A DNA stretch of 64,000 bases from Bacteroidales bacterium (GTDB lineage Bacteria; Bacteroidota; Bacteroidia; Bacteroidales; JAAYJT01). The DNA is taken from positions 67,525 through 131,524 of the forward strand of contig JAAYJT010000029.1 of assembly GCA_012522795.1 (NCBI GenBank), read 5' to 3'. The notes beneath the pieces are model-generated. The model saw only the letters and a list, made by a program, of their open reading frames with translations, had not been told where the DNA came from and did no database searches. Of this stretch, positions 55,088 to 64,000 are shown in pieces; the first letter of the stretch is position 1, and each line of letters opens with the position of its first letter. Position numbers and translations under genes: made by a program.

Positions 55088-56569
55088 ATGAAAAAAATAA
55101 TTTTCTTACTAATTCTTTTTTTTCAATTAGTAAATTGCCTGAAAGCACAAGTTAATACTTTTAGCTTTTTGTATAAATCGCGCCTAAACAAAGTAAGCCT
55201 TATACCAGTTGAAGATAGTGACAATAATTACATTGTGCCGATGATATTATTTACCGGAAAACCCTGGGCACCAAGCGATATGGATAGAGCTTTTCTGATG
55301 AAATTAACTCCAAAGGGTGATACAAGCTGCTATTACTATACAATACCCGATAGTGCTTTCAGTTTTCAAAATATTATAAAAACTTCTGATGATGGTTATC
55401 TGGTTGCCGGAGCATCAAAAGCTATTATTACCAGAGATTCAGTAAATTTGCTGCTGATTAAGTTGAACAATAAGTTTGAGATTGAATGGAAAAAGCATTA
55501 TTATCTTTACGGGAATTGGGAGATGGGTATCACAAAAATATTTCCATTAGATGACAATGACTTTATTCTTGCCGGAATGGTAACTAAGTTTCCAAGTATT
55601 TTTATTTATCCGTACCTGGTACGTATTGACCAATATGGGAATATTACCCGTGAAACAATTTATAATTCTTATTGCGGCTCTAGATATGAATATCTATTAA
55701 ATTCATCTAAAACCAGAATACTGATGTTTGCTAATGGTTTGCCGCCACATAGTAATGGTTTATCAGTTACAATATTTGATACTACTTTTACTTATTTAAG
55801 CAGCCATGTTTTACCTGTTTTAGGCATAGGAGTAGGTGGCAACCCATTTCATGCAAAATGGCTGAATGACACTAATTTCATTTTCTCCTATCAGAAAAGA
55901 TTAGTAGGTTCACCATTCGATGATAAAGAGTTTACAATTCAAATCCATGACACATTGTTCAATTTACTGCAATTTGATCAATTTGGCTTACCCGACTCAT
56001 ACGATTGTCCGGCATGGGTCAAAGGTTTTGATTTTAGACATCCCGATACTATTTTTTATGCTGCTAATATTGGTCTTGCCTTTGGCCCACCTCCTTCAGG
56101 TTATACAAACTGGTTTATGATAAGGCAAACTGATGGACAACTAAATGAAAGATACAGGCATTTTTATGGTGGCGACTCATTCTATTTTGTAGACCATATC
56201 ATTGCAACATCTGATGGAGGGTGCTTTGTTGGTAGTAGAAAATTCGACTTTGGTACCGGTAATTTCGAATTATTGTTTCTAAAACTCAACAGCGATGGTA
56301 TGCTTGTAGGCACAAACGATCCCGATATACAACAGCGAATGTCGCTGTTATACCCTAACCCTGCCTACCAAGAAGTTGTACTGGAAACCTATCTTGATGA
56401 ATCCACCATTAAGATATTTGATGTTAACGGCAGGACAGTTGGACAATACAGTGGGGTTAAGGGTAAGAACGCCATCAACCTGAACGGGCTTCCGGCAGGT
56501 GTATATGTATTATCGCTTTATGCGAAAGAAAAATTTATTGAAAACTATAAGTTTATTAAAAAACCATAA
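55088..56569 (+). CDS. Secreted protein with T9SS type-A C-terminal sorting domain
   Basis: Signal peptide, and a C-terminus LLYPNPAYQEVVLE...IKIFDVNGRTV...LPAGVYVLSL typical of Por_Secre_tail. The body has DGGY/LVAG-type propeller-like repeats. Confidence 0.75.
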   Translation: MKKIIFLLILFFQLVNCLKAQVNTFSFLYKSRLNKVSLIPVEDSDNNYIVPMILFTGKPWAPSDMDRAFLMKLTPKGDTSCYYYTIPDSAFSFQNIIKTSDDGYLVAGASKAIITRDSVNLLLIKLNNKFEIEWKKHYYLYGNWEMGITKIFPLDDNDFILAGMVTKFPSIFIYPYLVRIDQYGNITRETIYNSYCGSRYEYLLNSSKTRILMFANGLPPHSNGLSVTIFDTTFTYLSSHVLPVLGIGVGGNPFHAKWLNDTNFIFSYQKRLVGSPFDDKEFTIQIHDTLFNLLQFDQFGLPDSYDCPAWVKGFDFRHPDTIFYAANIGLAFGPPPSGYTNWFMIRQTDGQLNERYRHFYGGDSFYFVDHIIATSDGGCFVGSRKFDFGTGNFELLFLKLNSDGMLVGTNDPDIQQRMSLLYPNPAYQEVVLETYLDESTIKIFDVNGRTVGQYSGVKGKNAINLNGLPAGVYVLSLYAKEKFIENYKFIKKP

Positions 56570-56581
56570 AACTTTACGATT

Positions 56582-57772
56582 ATGAAAATCAAATTTATTC
56601 TTTTTTGTAGTATAACTTTAATGATATTAGGCACAACACAGCATTTACCCGCACAGGAAATTTGCTCCACTTGCCCGGGAAATGAAGTAAGCGGCATTCA
56701 ATCTTCTGCATTCGGACTTAGTAATATTGTCGGTGCAAATTATTCTTTTGTTGCGGGTCGCGAATCAGTTATTAATCAAGGAAGTCATCATGGCAACATA
56801 ATTGGTAGTAATTCTACAATAGATGGCGGCTTTCATTCTATTGTTATTGGAAGCTCTTCATCAGCTACAAATGATTGTTCCTTTGTTTTTGGGCCTTATT
56901 CAAAAGCCAGCGGTTATTTTTCATTTGCATTAGGTGCATATGTTGAAGCACGGTTTCGTGGCTCATTTATTATAGGAAACAGTGCTGACACAACAAGATT
57001 TATCAACAACATACCCAACAGCCTAATGATAGGATTTGGAAGCACATTGCCAACGCTTTTTGTTGAAAAGGCACCTTTTTCATTAGATCACAACCGAACA
57101 GGTCGTATCGGTATAGGCAATGTCACCGCCCCGCAGGCAAAGCTACATATCAGAGCAGATCAGTATGAGGATGCAAGTATCCTGCTTGAGGCAACCGGTA
57201 GCAATAAAAGAAGTAGTATTTTAATGGCAGGCGGTCAAGCTGTTATTGGCACTGTTTCACAAAATCATTCTTTATCGTTTGTAACCGGCACAAGCAACAC
57301 ACGTATGTTTATCAATGCTGAAAGCGGGAATATTGGTGTGGGTAATGAAGAGCCTGTTGCCAAACTTCAGGTTAAGGATGGCGATATTTTTATTGAAGAC
57401 ATCAACAGAGGTATTATCATGAAATCGCCTGATGGCCGTTGCTGGCGTGGTATGATGAATAATTTTGGTCAGCTTGAGTTTACAGAAATACCGGATTGTA
57501 TCATTTCTTCTACAAATGCTCAGACGCTTCAGCCGGGTTTAGGTGTTACTATTAGTCCTAATCCGGTAAGCGATCGTTTGGAAGTTGAGTGCCGCTTGAT
57601 TGGTACCGAAGCTCGTTTGATTAACCTTTCTGGCACTGAGATTTCTTCGCATCCGCTACAGCAGGGAGCCTCTTTTATTCCGGTACATGATTTAAAACCG
57701 GGCATGTATCTGTTAAACATTGTAATGAAAGGTAAAGGAGTGGTTGAAACACATAAATTTGTGAAGCAATAA
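56582..57772 (+). CDS. Secreted tail-fibre/beta-helix-like protein with T9SS C-terminal sorting domain
   Basis: Repetitive Ser/Gly/Ala-rich strands (SAFGLSNIVGANYSFVAGRES...) and GIGNVTAPQAKLHI / GVGNEEPVAKLQV motifs. C-terminus ISPNPVSDRLEVE...LKPGMYLLNI. Confidence 0.7.
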   Translation: MKIKFILFCSITLMILGTTQHLPAQEICSTCPGNEVSGIQSSAFGLSNIVGANYSFVAGRESVINQGSHHGNIIGSNSTIDGGFHSIVIGSSSSATNDCSFVFGPYSKASGYFSFALGAYVEARFRGSFIIGNSADTTRFINNIPNSLMIGFGSTLPTLFVEKAPFSLDHNRTGRIGIGNVTAPQAKLHIRADQYEDASILLEATGSNKRSSILMAGGQAVIGTVSQNHSLSFVTGTSNTRMFINAESGNIGVGNEEPVAKLQVKDGDIFIEDINRGIIMKSPDGRCWRGMMNNFGQLEFTEIPDCIISSTNAQTLQPGLGVTISPNPVSDRLEVECRLIGTEARLINLSGTEISSHPLQQGASFIPVHDLKPGMYLLNIVMKGKGVVETHKFVKQ

Positions 57773-57984
57773 ATAAAAAACATATAGAGTTTTTAGCTTC
57801 TATCGTAAAATTCATCGCCCAATAAAACACTATCTGAGACCTTGGTAAAGCAACAATCCCAATACTCTTATTATCAATGCATTAAATGGTAAATTTTCAA
57901 CCGGATACAAGTATCAATTCATAAAAGTTGCTCAAAACAATTTGCGCCTGAATCCAACTCATTATGCAACAATTCATTAGGCAA

Positions 57985-60363
57985 TTAATCAACCGTAGCT
58001 CTTATCCTGATATCCTGTTCTTTTAGCGTAAGCGGTATATTACCATGATTCCATACATATATCTTAAGCAATCCCGGCTTATGCCGGGATCGTGAAATTC
58101 GTGTCTGAATATGCGCATACATAATTTTTTCAGTATTTCCGGTGCTTAATTCCTGAGCCTGCCAGAAATCAGCACCTGAATCTTCAAGTGAAACGACCAG
58201 ACTGGCTTTGGTACGGGAATTAAAATAAGACAGATCAGATTCTATTGAAACATACGTATAACAACTGTCTAAAGCAGCAAACAATGAATTGGTATTGCAA
58301 ATCCATGTAAATGAAAACCCGCCGCCTTCTGTAATCGCATTATTATTTCCGGCATGACTGATAAAATCAGGAAGCTGGTCATTAATTCCGTCAATATTTT
58401 TGTCGTCAAAACTATGATGAAGCGAAACAATTAACGAATCAGAACTGGAGTCAGTCTTTCCAAACAATCTCCAGGGATTTGAAATATCATTCTTCTCATC
58501 AGGTTTAACACCTGTAGTTTCAAACTGATATTGGAATTGTTGTTTGTAATATGCTGACCTGCCATTTCTCAGCCTGATAGCAGTAACAGCAGGTTCAATC
58601 TTATTGCTTTCGGGAAACTGCACGAAAGGATGTATCCATATCCCATCTTCGGCATTTTCAGGAATAAAGCGATATGTAAGCACTTTCCCATCCTCAAAGT
58701 TGTAATCAATAAAACAGGGAGCCGATTTATAAATAAAATCCATGATCTTTCCACGGATTGTATGTCTTATCCTTACTTTAACCCGTACAATATCAGAATT
58801 AGATTCCGGCATCTGAATCCATTTATCCCAACCGGATACCAACAATTCGCCCGTCATCGTTTCTTTGAGGTTATTCGTGGGATTTTTCTTAAAAAGCATA
58901 AAATCATTGGTTTTCAAAGACAACGAGTAATGATTGAAGACATTCATGATAGTCAGAGGATTATCATTCAGCAAATATCTCCCGTCAATAGAACCAAAGC
59001 CTCCGTTCCATCTGTCCTTAACAAAATGAAGCAGTAAAAATTCCGGAGCTTCGCTGCGGCTGAAGTCTGCTGCACCCAAACTGTCGAGCCAACGGGCAAA
59101 GCTTCCGCCCTGCAAGGTTTTACGCGGTTTCCAGTTCAGAGCATTAGCAGGAATATATGAAAGTTCCCAGGGATATACATCTATTTCAGATTTTCCTATG
59201 ATCTTCAGCACATCCTTATCCAGCCTGCTTTTTTCAAGTTCCTTGTTTGATTTTTCAGAACTTTGAGATATGAATTCTTTATATTTTAAAACTGTGTGGT
59301 CAAAATGTCGTAAACCTTTCAAATCAGCCTGTATGGGCTGGTAAGCAGGTATGGTTACATTTTTCATATTACCTAATAACAAAGCAATATTAATACATGC
59401 AATAGCAAACACCCTCCATTTATTATTTTCTGAAAATGCAATCAGGAATACCCAGAAAAAGATAAAAAAATATATCATCATTGAATAATGGTATATATCC
59501 TGACGGGTGATTCCGTATTTCCACATTGCAAATGAAGGTAGCAGCAATAACATTATCATAGTACCTGATCTTTTCCCGCTGTTCAAAAAAGGGATAATAA
59601 AAAGCGTAAGTAAAAATCCCGACATCAGCCACCAGTTATTGTTGGGAAACAAAGCCAGCGCTCCCGAGTAACCGAATGTTAACCTTATGCTTTGCAGGAT
59701 GAATCTGAATCCCGGACTTATGCCTCCCATAATAAAAGAAGCGGAAATCAAAACAAGTACTAACGAAATTAAAACCTGCTGTATTAATCGTTTATGGTTC
59801 CCGTATCTGAAATAATCAAGTATTAACGCCATAGCAAGCATCGGGAAAGCAAGCACTCCTATCGAAGCTTTAATGAATGACCCTGTAACTGCTATCAAAG
59901 AAACGGGGATCATGTGCATCAGGTTCCTGCTTTCGATCATCGCAAAGGCATGAATAACAATAATTCCGGTGATCAGCAATTCGAGAGGTAAAAACAAACA
60001 CACAACAAAAGCCAATAATGCTGACATAATTTTGTATTTTAAGCCTTTTGAAGAATAGTGAAGGAAAGCGACAATAAACCATAATTTCAGAACAGAATAA
60101 AAAATAAGCGCAATCAGGAAATTAGAACCTTCGGCAACCGGAAATTTCAGAAATCCCAATACTCCAAGTGGATATACCAATTGCCGAAGCATTACAGTAT
60201 CGTTGTGAAACAAGTGATTTAAAGCCCATATATAGGAATTGTCAAGCCCTGTGCCGGTGTAAGGAGTGAATTCAGGAAAACTGAATAAAAATATGAGAAT
60301 GGTGAAGAAAGCCAGTTTATAAACCGGACTGTATTTTTTAAGCAAGGATCTGAATATCAACAT
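57985..60363 (-). CDS. Large polytopic membrane protein of unknown function
   Basis: After the start at MLIFRSLLKK (60363) there are about 10 or more hydrophobic helices, then a ~430-aa soluble C-terminal part. No motif recognised. Confidence 0.5.
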   Translation of the reverse strand: MLIFRSLLKKYSPVYKLAFFTILIFLFSFPEFTPYTGTGLDNSYIWALNHLFHNDTVMLRQLVYPLGVLGFLKFPVAEGSNFLIALIFYSVLKLWFIVAFLHYSSKGLKYKIMSALLAFVVCLFLPLELLITGIIVIHAFAMIESRNLMHMIPVSLIAVTGSFIKASIGVLAFPMLAMALILDYFRYGNHKRLIQQVLISLVLVLISASFIMGGISPGFRFILQSIRLTFGYSGALALFPNNNWWLMSGFLLTLFIIPFLNSGKRSGTMIMLLLLPSFAMWKYGITRQDIYHYSMMIYFFIFFWVFLIAFSENNKWRVFAIACINIALLLGNMKNVTIPAYQPIQADLKGLRHFDHTVLKYKEFISQSSEKSNKELEKSRLDKDVLKIIGKSEIDVYPWELSYIPANALNWKPRKTLQGGSFARWLDSLGAADFSRSEAPEFLLLHFVKDRWNGGFGSIDGRYLLNDNPLTIMNVFNHYSLSLKTNDFMLFKKNPTNNLKETMTGELLVSGWDKWIQMPESNSDIVRVKVRIRHTIRGKIMDFIYKSAPCFIDYNFEDGKVLTYRFIPENAEDGIWIHPFVQFPESNKIEPAVTAIRLRNGRSAYYKQQFQYQFETTGVKPDEKNDISNPWRLFGKTDSSSDSLIVSLHHSFDDKNIDGINDQLPDFISHAGNNNAITEGGGFSFTWICNTNSLFAALDSCYTYVSIESDLSYFNSRTKASLVVSLEDSGADFWQAQELSTGNTEKIMYAHIQTRISRSRHKPGLLKIYVWNHGNIPLTLKEQDIRIRATVD

Positions 60364-60699
60364 GTTTACATTAATTAAAACTCCTTTGCAGTAAAGTGCT
60401 TTGTGTTTTATCTTATTTATTCCCTGATTTTTGTTCCACACCTTATCATATTGCAAATGTATGCATTATGCTCAGGTAATTTATATTTTCTGATACCGGA
60501 TTTCATATCCGCAATTTTTATCAATCAAAACAAATATACAGCAAATCGCCTTTTTTGAGCTTCCGTTCCCTTATTTAGACTATTTATAAATTTTACAGGA
60601 TTTTAGCCATACTTGATTTTAACAATATTTTTGTTTTATTTTTGTCAGAAAAACAATATCTATCAAATAACAACTTTTTTGAAAAAAACATTAAATAAA

Positions 60700-61284
60700 A
60701 TGAAGATTATCAGGAAATTATCTCCCCCGCCATCCTGGAGGCTGCCAGTTATCCTTGTGTTGGGCATCTTTTTTGGGCTCGGTTTTCTTACGATACATAT
60801 TTCAAGAGCACCCTCATATCTTTCAGATAAACCCGAAACCTGTATCAACTGTCATGTCATGTATCCGCAATATTCCACCTGGATGCACAGCAGCCACCGT
60901 GAAAGAGCTACATGCAGCGATTGCCATGTGCCACATGATAATTTTTTCAGAACTTATTATTTCAAAGCTGCTGATGGTGCCCGACATGCTACTATTTTCA
61001 CTGCACGTATGGAACCTCATGTAATACGGATAAAAAGTGCCGGGAAAACAGCAGTTCAGGAAAATTGCATACGCTGTCATATTGACTTTGTAAGCATGAC
61101 CAAGCTGGTGGAAGTAACGGCTGGCTCAGCAGCTAAAGGTGAGGGAAAGGTTTGCTGGGATTGTCATCGCGAAGTACCACACGGAACTGTTAACAGTCTT
61201 GCAGCAGCACCACATTCACTGATTCCGCGTTTACCTTCAGTATTACCGGATTGGCTTAACAAATATTTGAAAAATAAAAAATAA
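60700..61284 (+). CDS. nrfH: Cytochrome c nitrite reductase small subunit NrfH (tetraheme, membrane-anchored)
   Basis: One TM helix plus four CxxCH motifs (CINCH, CSDCH, CIRCH, CWDCH). Two TATTTTTG boxes lie at 60626-60633 and 60637-60644. Confidence 0.9.
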   Translation: MKIIRKLSPPPSWRLPVILVLGIFFGLGFLTIHISRAPSYLSDKPETCINCHVMYPQYSTWMHSSHRERATCSDCHVPHDNFFRTYYFKAADGARHATIFTARMEPHVIRIKSAGKTAVQENCIRCHIDFVSMTKLVEVTAGSAAKGEGKVCWDCHREVPHGTVNSLAAAPHSLIPRLPSVLPDWLNKYLKNKK

Positions 61285-61307
61285 CAAACAGTTTTAAAAC
61301 TATCATT

Positions 61308-62786
61308 ATGACAAGTATTAAAGAACTAACAGCAAAAAAACCCTGGCTGAACTGGGTTATCTTTCTAACTACCATCGCAGTAGTATTCCTGCTCGGTCTT
61401 CTTGCTTCATCAATTGTTGAACGCCGCAGCGAAACAAAGCTATATTTCCAGATGATGCATGAGATCCCTGACTGGGAGCCCCGCAATGAAGTATGGGGTC
61501 AAAATTTCCCGCGCGAATACCAGACATATATGAATACCGCCGACACTTCATTTCAAAGTAAATATTGCGGTTCGAAAATGATTGATTACCTCGACAAATA
61601 TCCTGAGCTTGTTGTAATGTGGGCTGGATATGCTTTTTCGCGTGAGTATAATCAGGGAAGAGGGCATTATTATGCAATTACAGATATAAATAATACTTTA
61701 AGGACTGAAATGCCTCAGCCGGGAACCTGCTGGACATGCAAAAGCACTGATGTTCCAAGAGTTATGAATCAAATTGGGGTAGCTGAATTCTATAAAACAA
61801 CATGGTTTGATATGGGAGCAGAGATTTCGAACCATATAGGATGTCAGGATTGCCATGACCCTAAAACTATGAACCTGCGTATTACACGCCCGGGATTGGT
61901 TGAAGCTTTTGCCCGCCGTGGAAAGAATATTGAAGATGCCACCCATCAGGAAATGCGTACACTGGTTTGTGCCCAATGCCATGTAGAATATTATTTCAAA
62001 GGCGAAGGAAAATATCTCACATTTCCATGGGATAACGGCTTTAGTGCCGAAGAAATGGAAGCATATTATGATAGTTTTGAGTTTAGCGACTGGACTCATG
62101 CCTTGAGCCGCGCACCTATGATAAAAGCTCAGCATCCTGATTACGAAATTTACATGACCGGTGTTCATGCCGACCGCGGAGTTGCCTGTGCCGATTGTCA
62201 TATGCCCTATAAACGTGACGGTGGCTTAAAATTCACTGACCATCATATTGCAAGTCCGCTCCAGAATGTAGCAGGTTCATGTGTTGTTTGTCATCGTGAA
62301 AGTGAAGAAAAATTGATCCAAAATGTTTACGACCGTCAGGATAAAGTACACGACCTCAGACGTATTGCCGAAGCTAACCTTGCAAAAGTACATCTCGAAG
62401 CCAAAGTTGCCTGGGATAATGACGCAACAGAACAGGAAATGAAACCTGTACTCACTTTGATACGTCATGCTCAATGGCGCTGGGATTGGGTGGCTGCTGC
62501 AAATGGTCATGGCATTCATTCCACTGCCGAGTGTTTACGCGTATTGGGAACCTCAATCCAAAAATCAAATGAAGCACGTATCCTGCTCACCGAAATATTT
62601 ATGCGCCATGGAGTTGAAGTACCTGTTAAACTTCCTGACATAAGTACAAAGGAAAAAGCACAGCAGGTAATAGGGCTGCCTATGGATCAGATAAGAGCAA
62701 ACAAAAAAGAATTTTTAAAGACTACCTTGCCCGAATGGATTAAGATTGCCGCCGAAAGGGAAGAAAAAATGGGAACTGCTCTTTAA
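61308..62786 (+). CDS. nrfA: Ammonia-forming cytochrome c nitrite reductase NrfA (pentaheme)
   Basis: CWTCK active-site heme motif plus CQDCH, CAQCH, CADCH and CVVCH. Confidence 0.95.
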   Translation: MTSIKELTAKKPWLNWVIFLTTIAVVFLLGLLASSIVERRSETKLYFQMMHEIPDWEPRNEVWGQNFPREYQTYMNTADTSFQSKYCGSKMIDYLDKYPELVVMWAGYAFSREYNQGRGHYYAITDINNTLRTEMPQPGTCWTCKSTDVPRVMNQIGVAEFYKTTWFDMGAEISNHIGCQDCHDPKTMNLRITRPGLVEAFARRGKNIEDATHQEMRTLVCAQCHVEYYFKGEGKYLTFPWDNGFSAEEMEAYYDSFEFSDWTHALSRAPMIKAQHPDYEIYMTGVHADRGVACADCHMPYKRDGGLKFTDHHIASPLQNVAGSCVVCHRESEEKLIQNVYDRQDKVHDLRRIAEANLAKVHLEAKVAWDNDATEQEMKPVLTLIRHAQWRWDWVAAANGHGIHSTAECLRVLGTSIQKSNEARILLTEIFMRHGVEVPVKLPDISTKEKAQQVIGLPMDQIRANKKEFLKTTLPEWIKIAAEREEKMGTAL

Positions 62787-62807
62787 AAAACACTCAGATA
62801 TTTTGTT

Positions 62808-62842
62808 AAAGGCTATTTTTGCAGCCGCAAAAATAGCCTTTT
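62808..62842 (+). terminator. Terminator hairpin after nrfA
   Basis: A 15-bp perfect stem, AAAGGCTATTTTTGC / GCAAAAATAGCCTTT, with a 4-nt loop. It ends 1 nt before the lplA ATG. Confidence 0.65.
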
Positions 62843-63823
62843 ATGATTTGTATAAGACGTACCGAAACAGACCCTTATTTTAATATCGCAGCCGAAGAAT
62901 ATGTATTGCACGAATTCACTGACGACTGCTTTATGCTTTGGCGTAACGAACCGTCAGTAATTGTTGGCAAACATCAGAATACGCTGGCAGAGATAAATTA
63001 TGATTTTGTCGCTCAAAACAAGATCAAAGTTGTAAGACGTATCAGCGGGGGTGGCGCTGTTTTTCACGACCTCGGAAATATTAACTTTACATTCATAATG
63101 AATGGACAACCCGGACAACTGGTTGATTTCAGAAAGTTCACACAGCCGATTATTGATGTACTTGCAACACTGGATATCGAAGCAAAATTCGAAGGCAGGA
63201 ACGACCTTACAATTGATGGAAAGAAATTCTCGGGCAATGCTGAGCATGTATTTAAAAACCGCGTCCTCCATCATGGAACTCTGCTTTACAGATCAACTAT
63301 TAACAATCTTGCCGGCGCACTAAATGTTGATCCTGATAAATTCAGGGACAAAGCAATAAAATCAGTTCGCAGCAGAGTTACGAATATAAGCGAACATCTG
63401 AAGGAAGAACTTGAGATCGAGGACTTTATTTCTCTTGTAATGAACCATATCCTTGAAATGTATCCAAATGCGGAATTATATCAATTCAGCGATCAGGATC
63501 GTAAGATTATCCAGGAACTGGTTCAGACCAAATATGGCACATGGGATTGGAATTATGGTTATTCACCAAAATATAATTTCAAAAAATCAATACGTACAAA
63601 CGGCGGAAAAGTTGAATTTAATTTTGATGTAAAGGATGGGATCATTGAGAAAGCAAATATTTACGGCGACTTTTTCAGCCGGGCTAACATTCATGATCTT
63701 GAACAAGCCCTTATTGGCATCCCGCACCGCGAAAAAGAGGTTCTGAAAGTTCTTGGCAGCTTTGAAATCGGGACATATTTTAAAAACATAACTCTGGAAG
63801 AACTGATCCCGGCTTTGTTTTAA
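62843..63823 (+). CDS. lplA: Lipoate-protein ligase A
   Basis: DPYFNIAAEEY, VVRRISGGGAVFHDLGN and KFSGNA motifs. Confidence 0.9.
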   Translation: MICIRRTETDPYFNIAAEEYVLHEFTDDCFMLWRNEPSVIVGKHQNTLAEINYDFVAQNKIKVVRRISGGGAVFHDLGNINFTFIMNGQPGQLVDFRKFTQPIIDVLATLDIEAKFEGRNDLTIDGKKFSGNAEHVFKNRVLHHGTLLYRSTINNLAGALNVDPDKFRDKAIKSVRSRVTNISEHLKEELEIEDFISLVMNHILEMYPNAELYQFSDQDRKIIQELVQTKYGTWDWNYGYSPKYNFKKSIRTNGGKVEFNFDVKDGIIEKANIYGDFFSRANIHDLEQALIGIPHREKEVLKVLGSFEIGTYFKNITLEELIPALF

Positions 63824-63951
63824 CATACGATCTGCCCATTTTCGTAGGTTCGAACCATTATTAAAACCCTTAGCCTGTATTTAGTTAGCATTTGTTATGA
63901 ACATTCGCGCGCTGATACCGTTATACGGTATCAAATAAAAATTTTAATGCT

Positions 63952-64000
63952 ATGAAAGAAGCCCAAAAAATATTCGACCGCCTCTGGAGCGATTATATCA
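63952..64000 (+). CDS. Start of an unidentified ORF running off the window (MKEAQKIFDRLWSDYI...)
   Basis: ATG at 63952 with an open frame to the window edge. Too short to assign. Confidence 0.3.
   Translation, partial: MKEAQKIFDRLWSDYI

Noticed and set aside
63914-63932. Hairpin GATACCGT-TAT-ACGGTATC after lplA, considered as a terminator or operator
   Set aside because: The stem is only 8 bp and there is no clean T-run (AAATAAAAATTTT follows). I could not distinguish a weak terminator from chance.
1-64000. CRISPR arrays, transposases, integrases and prophage genes
   Set aside because: I found no regularly spaced short repeats and no recognisable transposase, integrase or phage structural ORFs. 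The only large repeats are the Rhs module blocks.

Overview
Chromosomal segment of a Bacteroidota-type genome. The lineage markers are T9SS C-terminal sorting domains, TAnnTTTG -7 promoter boxes, an XrtF-like exosortase pair, a tmRNA tag ending in LAA, and nrfHA. Most of the window is ordinary housekeeping: pepT plus an OPT transporter, bfr, split transketolase, idi, an M16 peptidase pair, pcm, clpX-clpP-tig, tRNA-Leu, an MsbA-like ABC exporter, gmhA/gmhB heptose genes, nrfHA and lplA. Two accessory patches stand out. (1) 7.8-10.9 kb is a visibly AT-richer, tightly packed same-strand operon. It holds a PD-(D/E)XK-like nuclease broken by a frameshift, a 65-aa ORF, an intact barrel-domain/HNH nuclease, and a beta-class SPPY DNA methyltransferase broken by an in-frame TGA. 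The HNH ORF and both methylase pieces share one reading frame and are separated only by a single TAG and a single TGA. (2) 48.2-54.9 kb is an array of four self-starting mini-Rhs modules. Each has the last ~100 aa of an RHS-associated core up to DPDGEF, followed by an unrelated toxin tip. Each also has its own conserved non-coding leader with a -7 box and its own ATG, and three are followed by a signal-peptide-bearing putative immunity gene. No full-length YD-repeat shell gene lies anywhere in the window, and the modules are mosaic recombinants of one another. Two T9SS cargo genes follow the array. Smaller oddities are a cNMP-binding domain fused to aspartate ammonia-lyase, a 990-aa receiver/ATP-grasp (PPDK_N-like) protein without a recognisable swivel-His motif, and nrfHA without an adjacent CxxCK heme lyase. 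All functional calls rest on motif recognition by eye; no database search or computation was possible.
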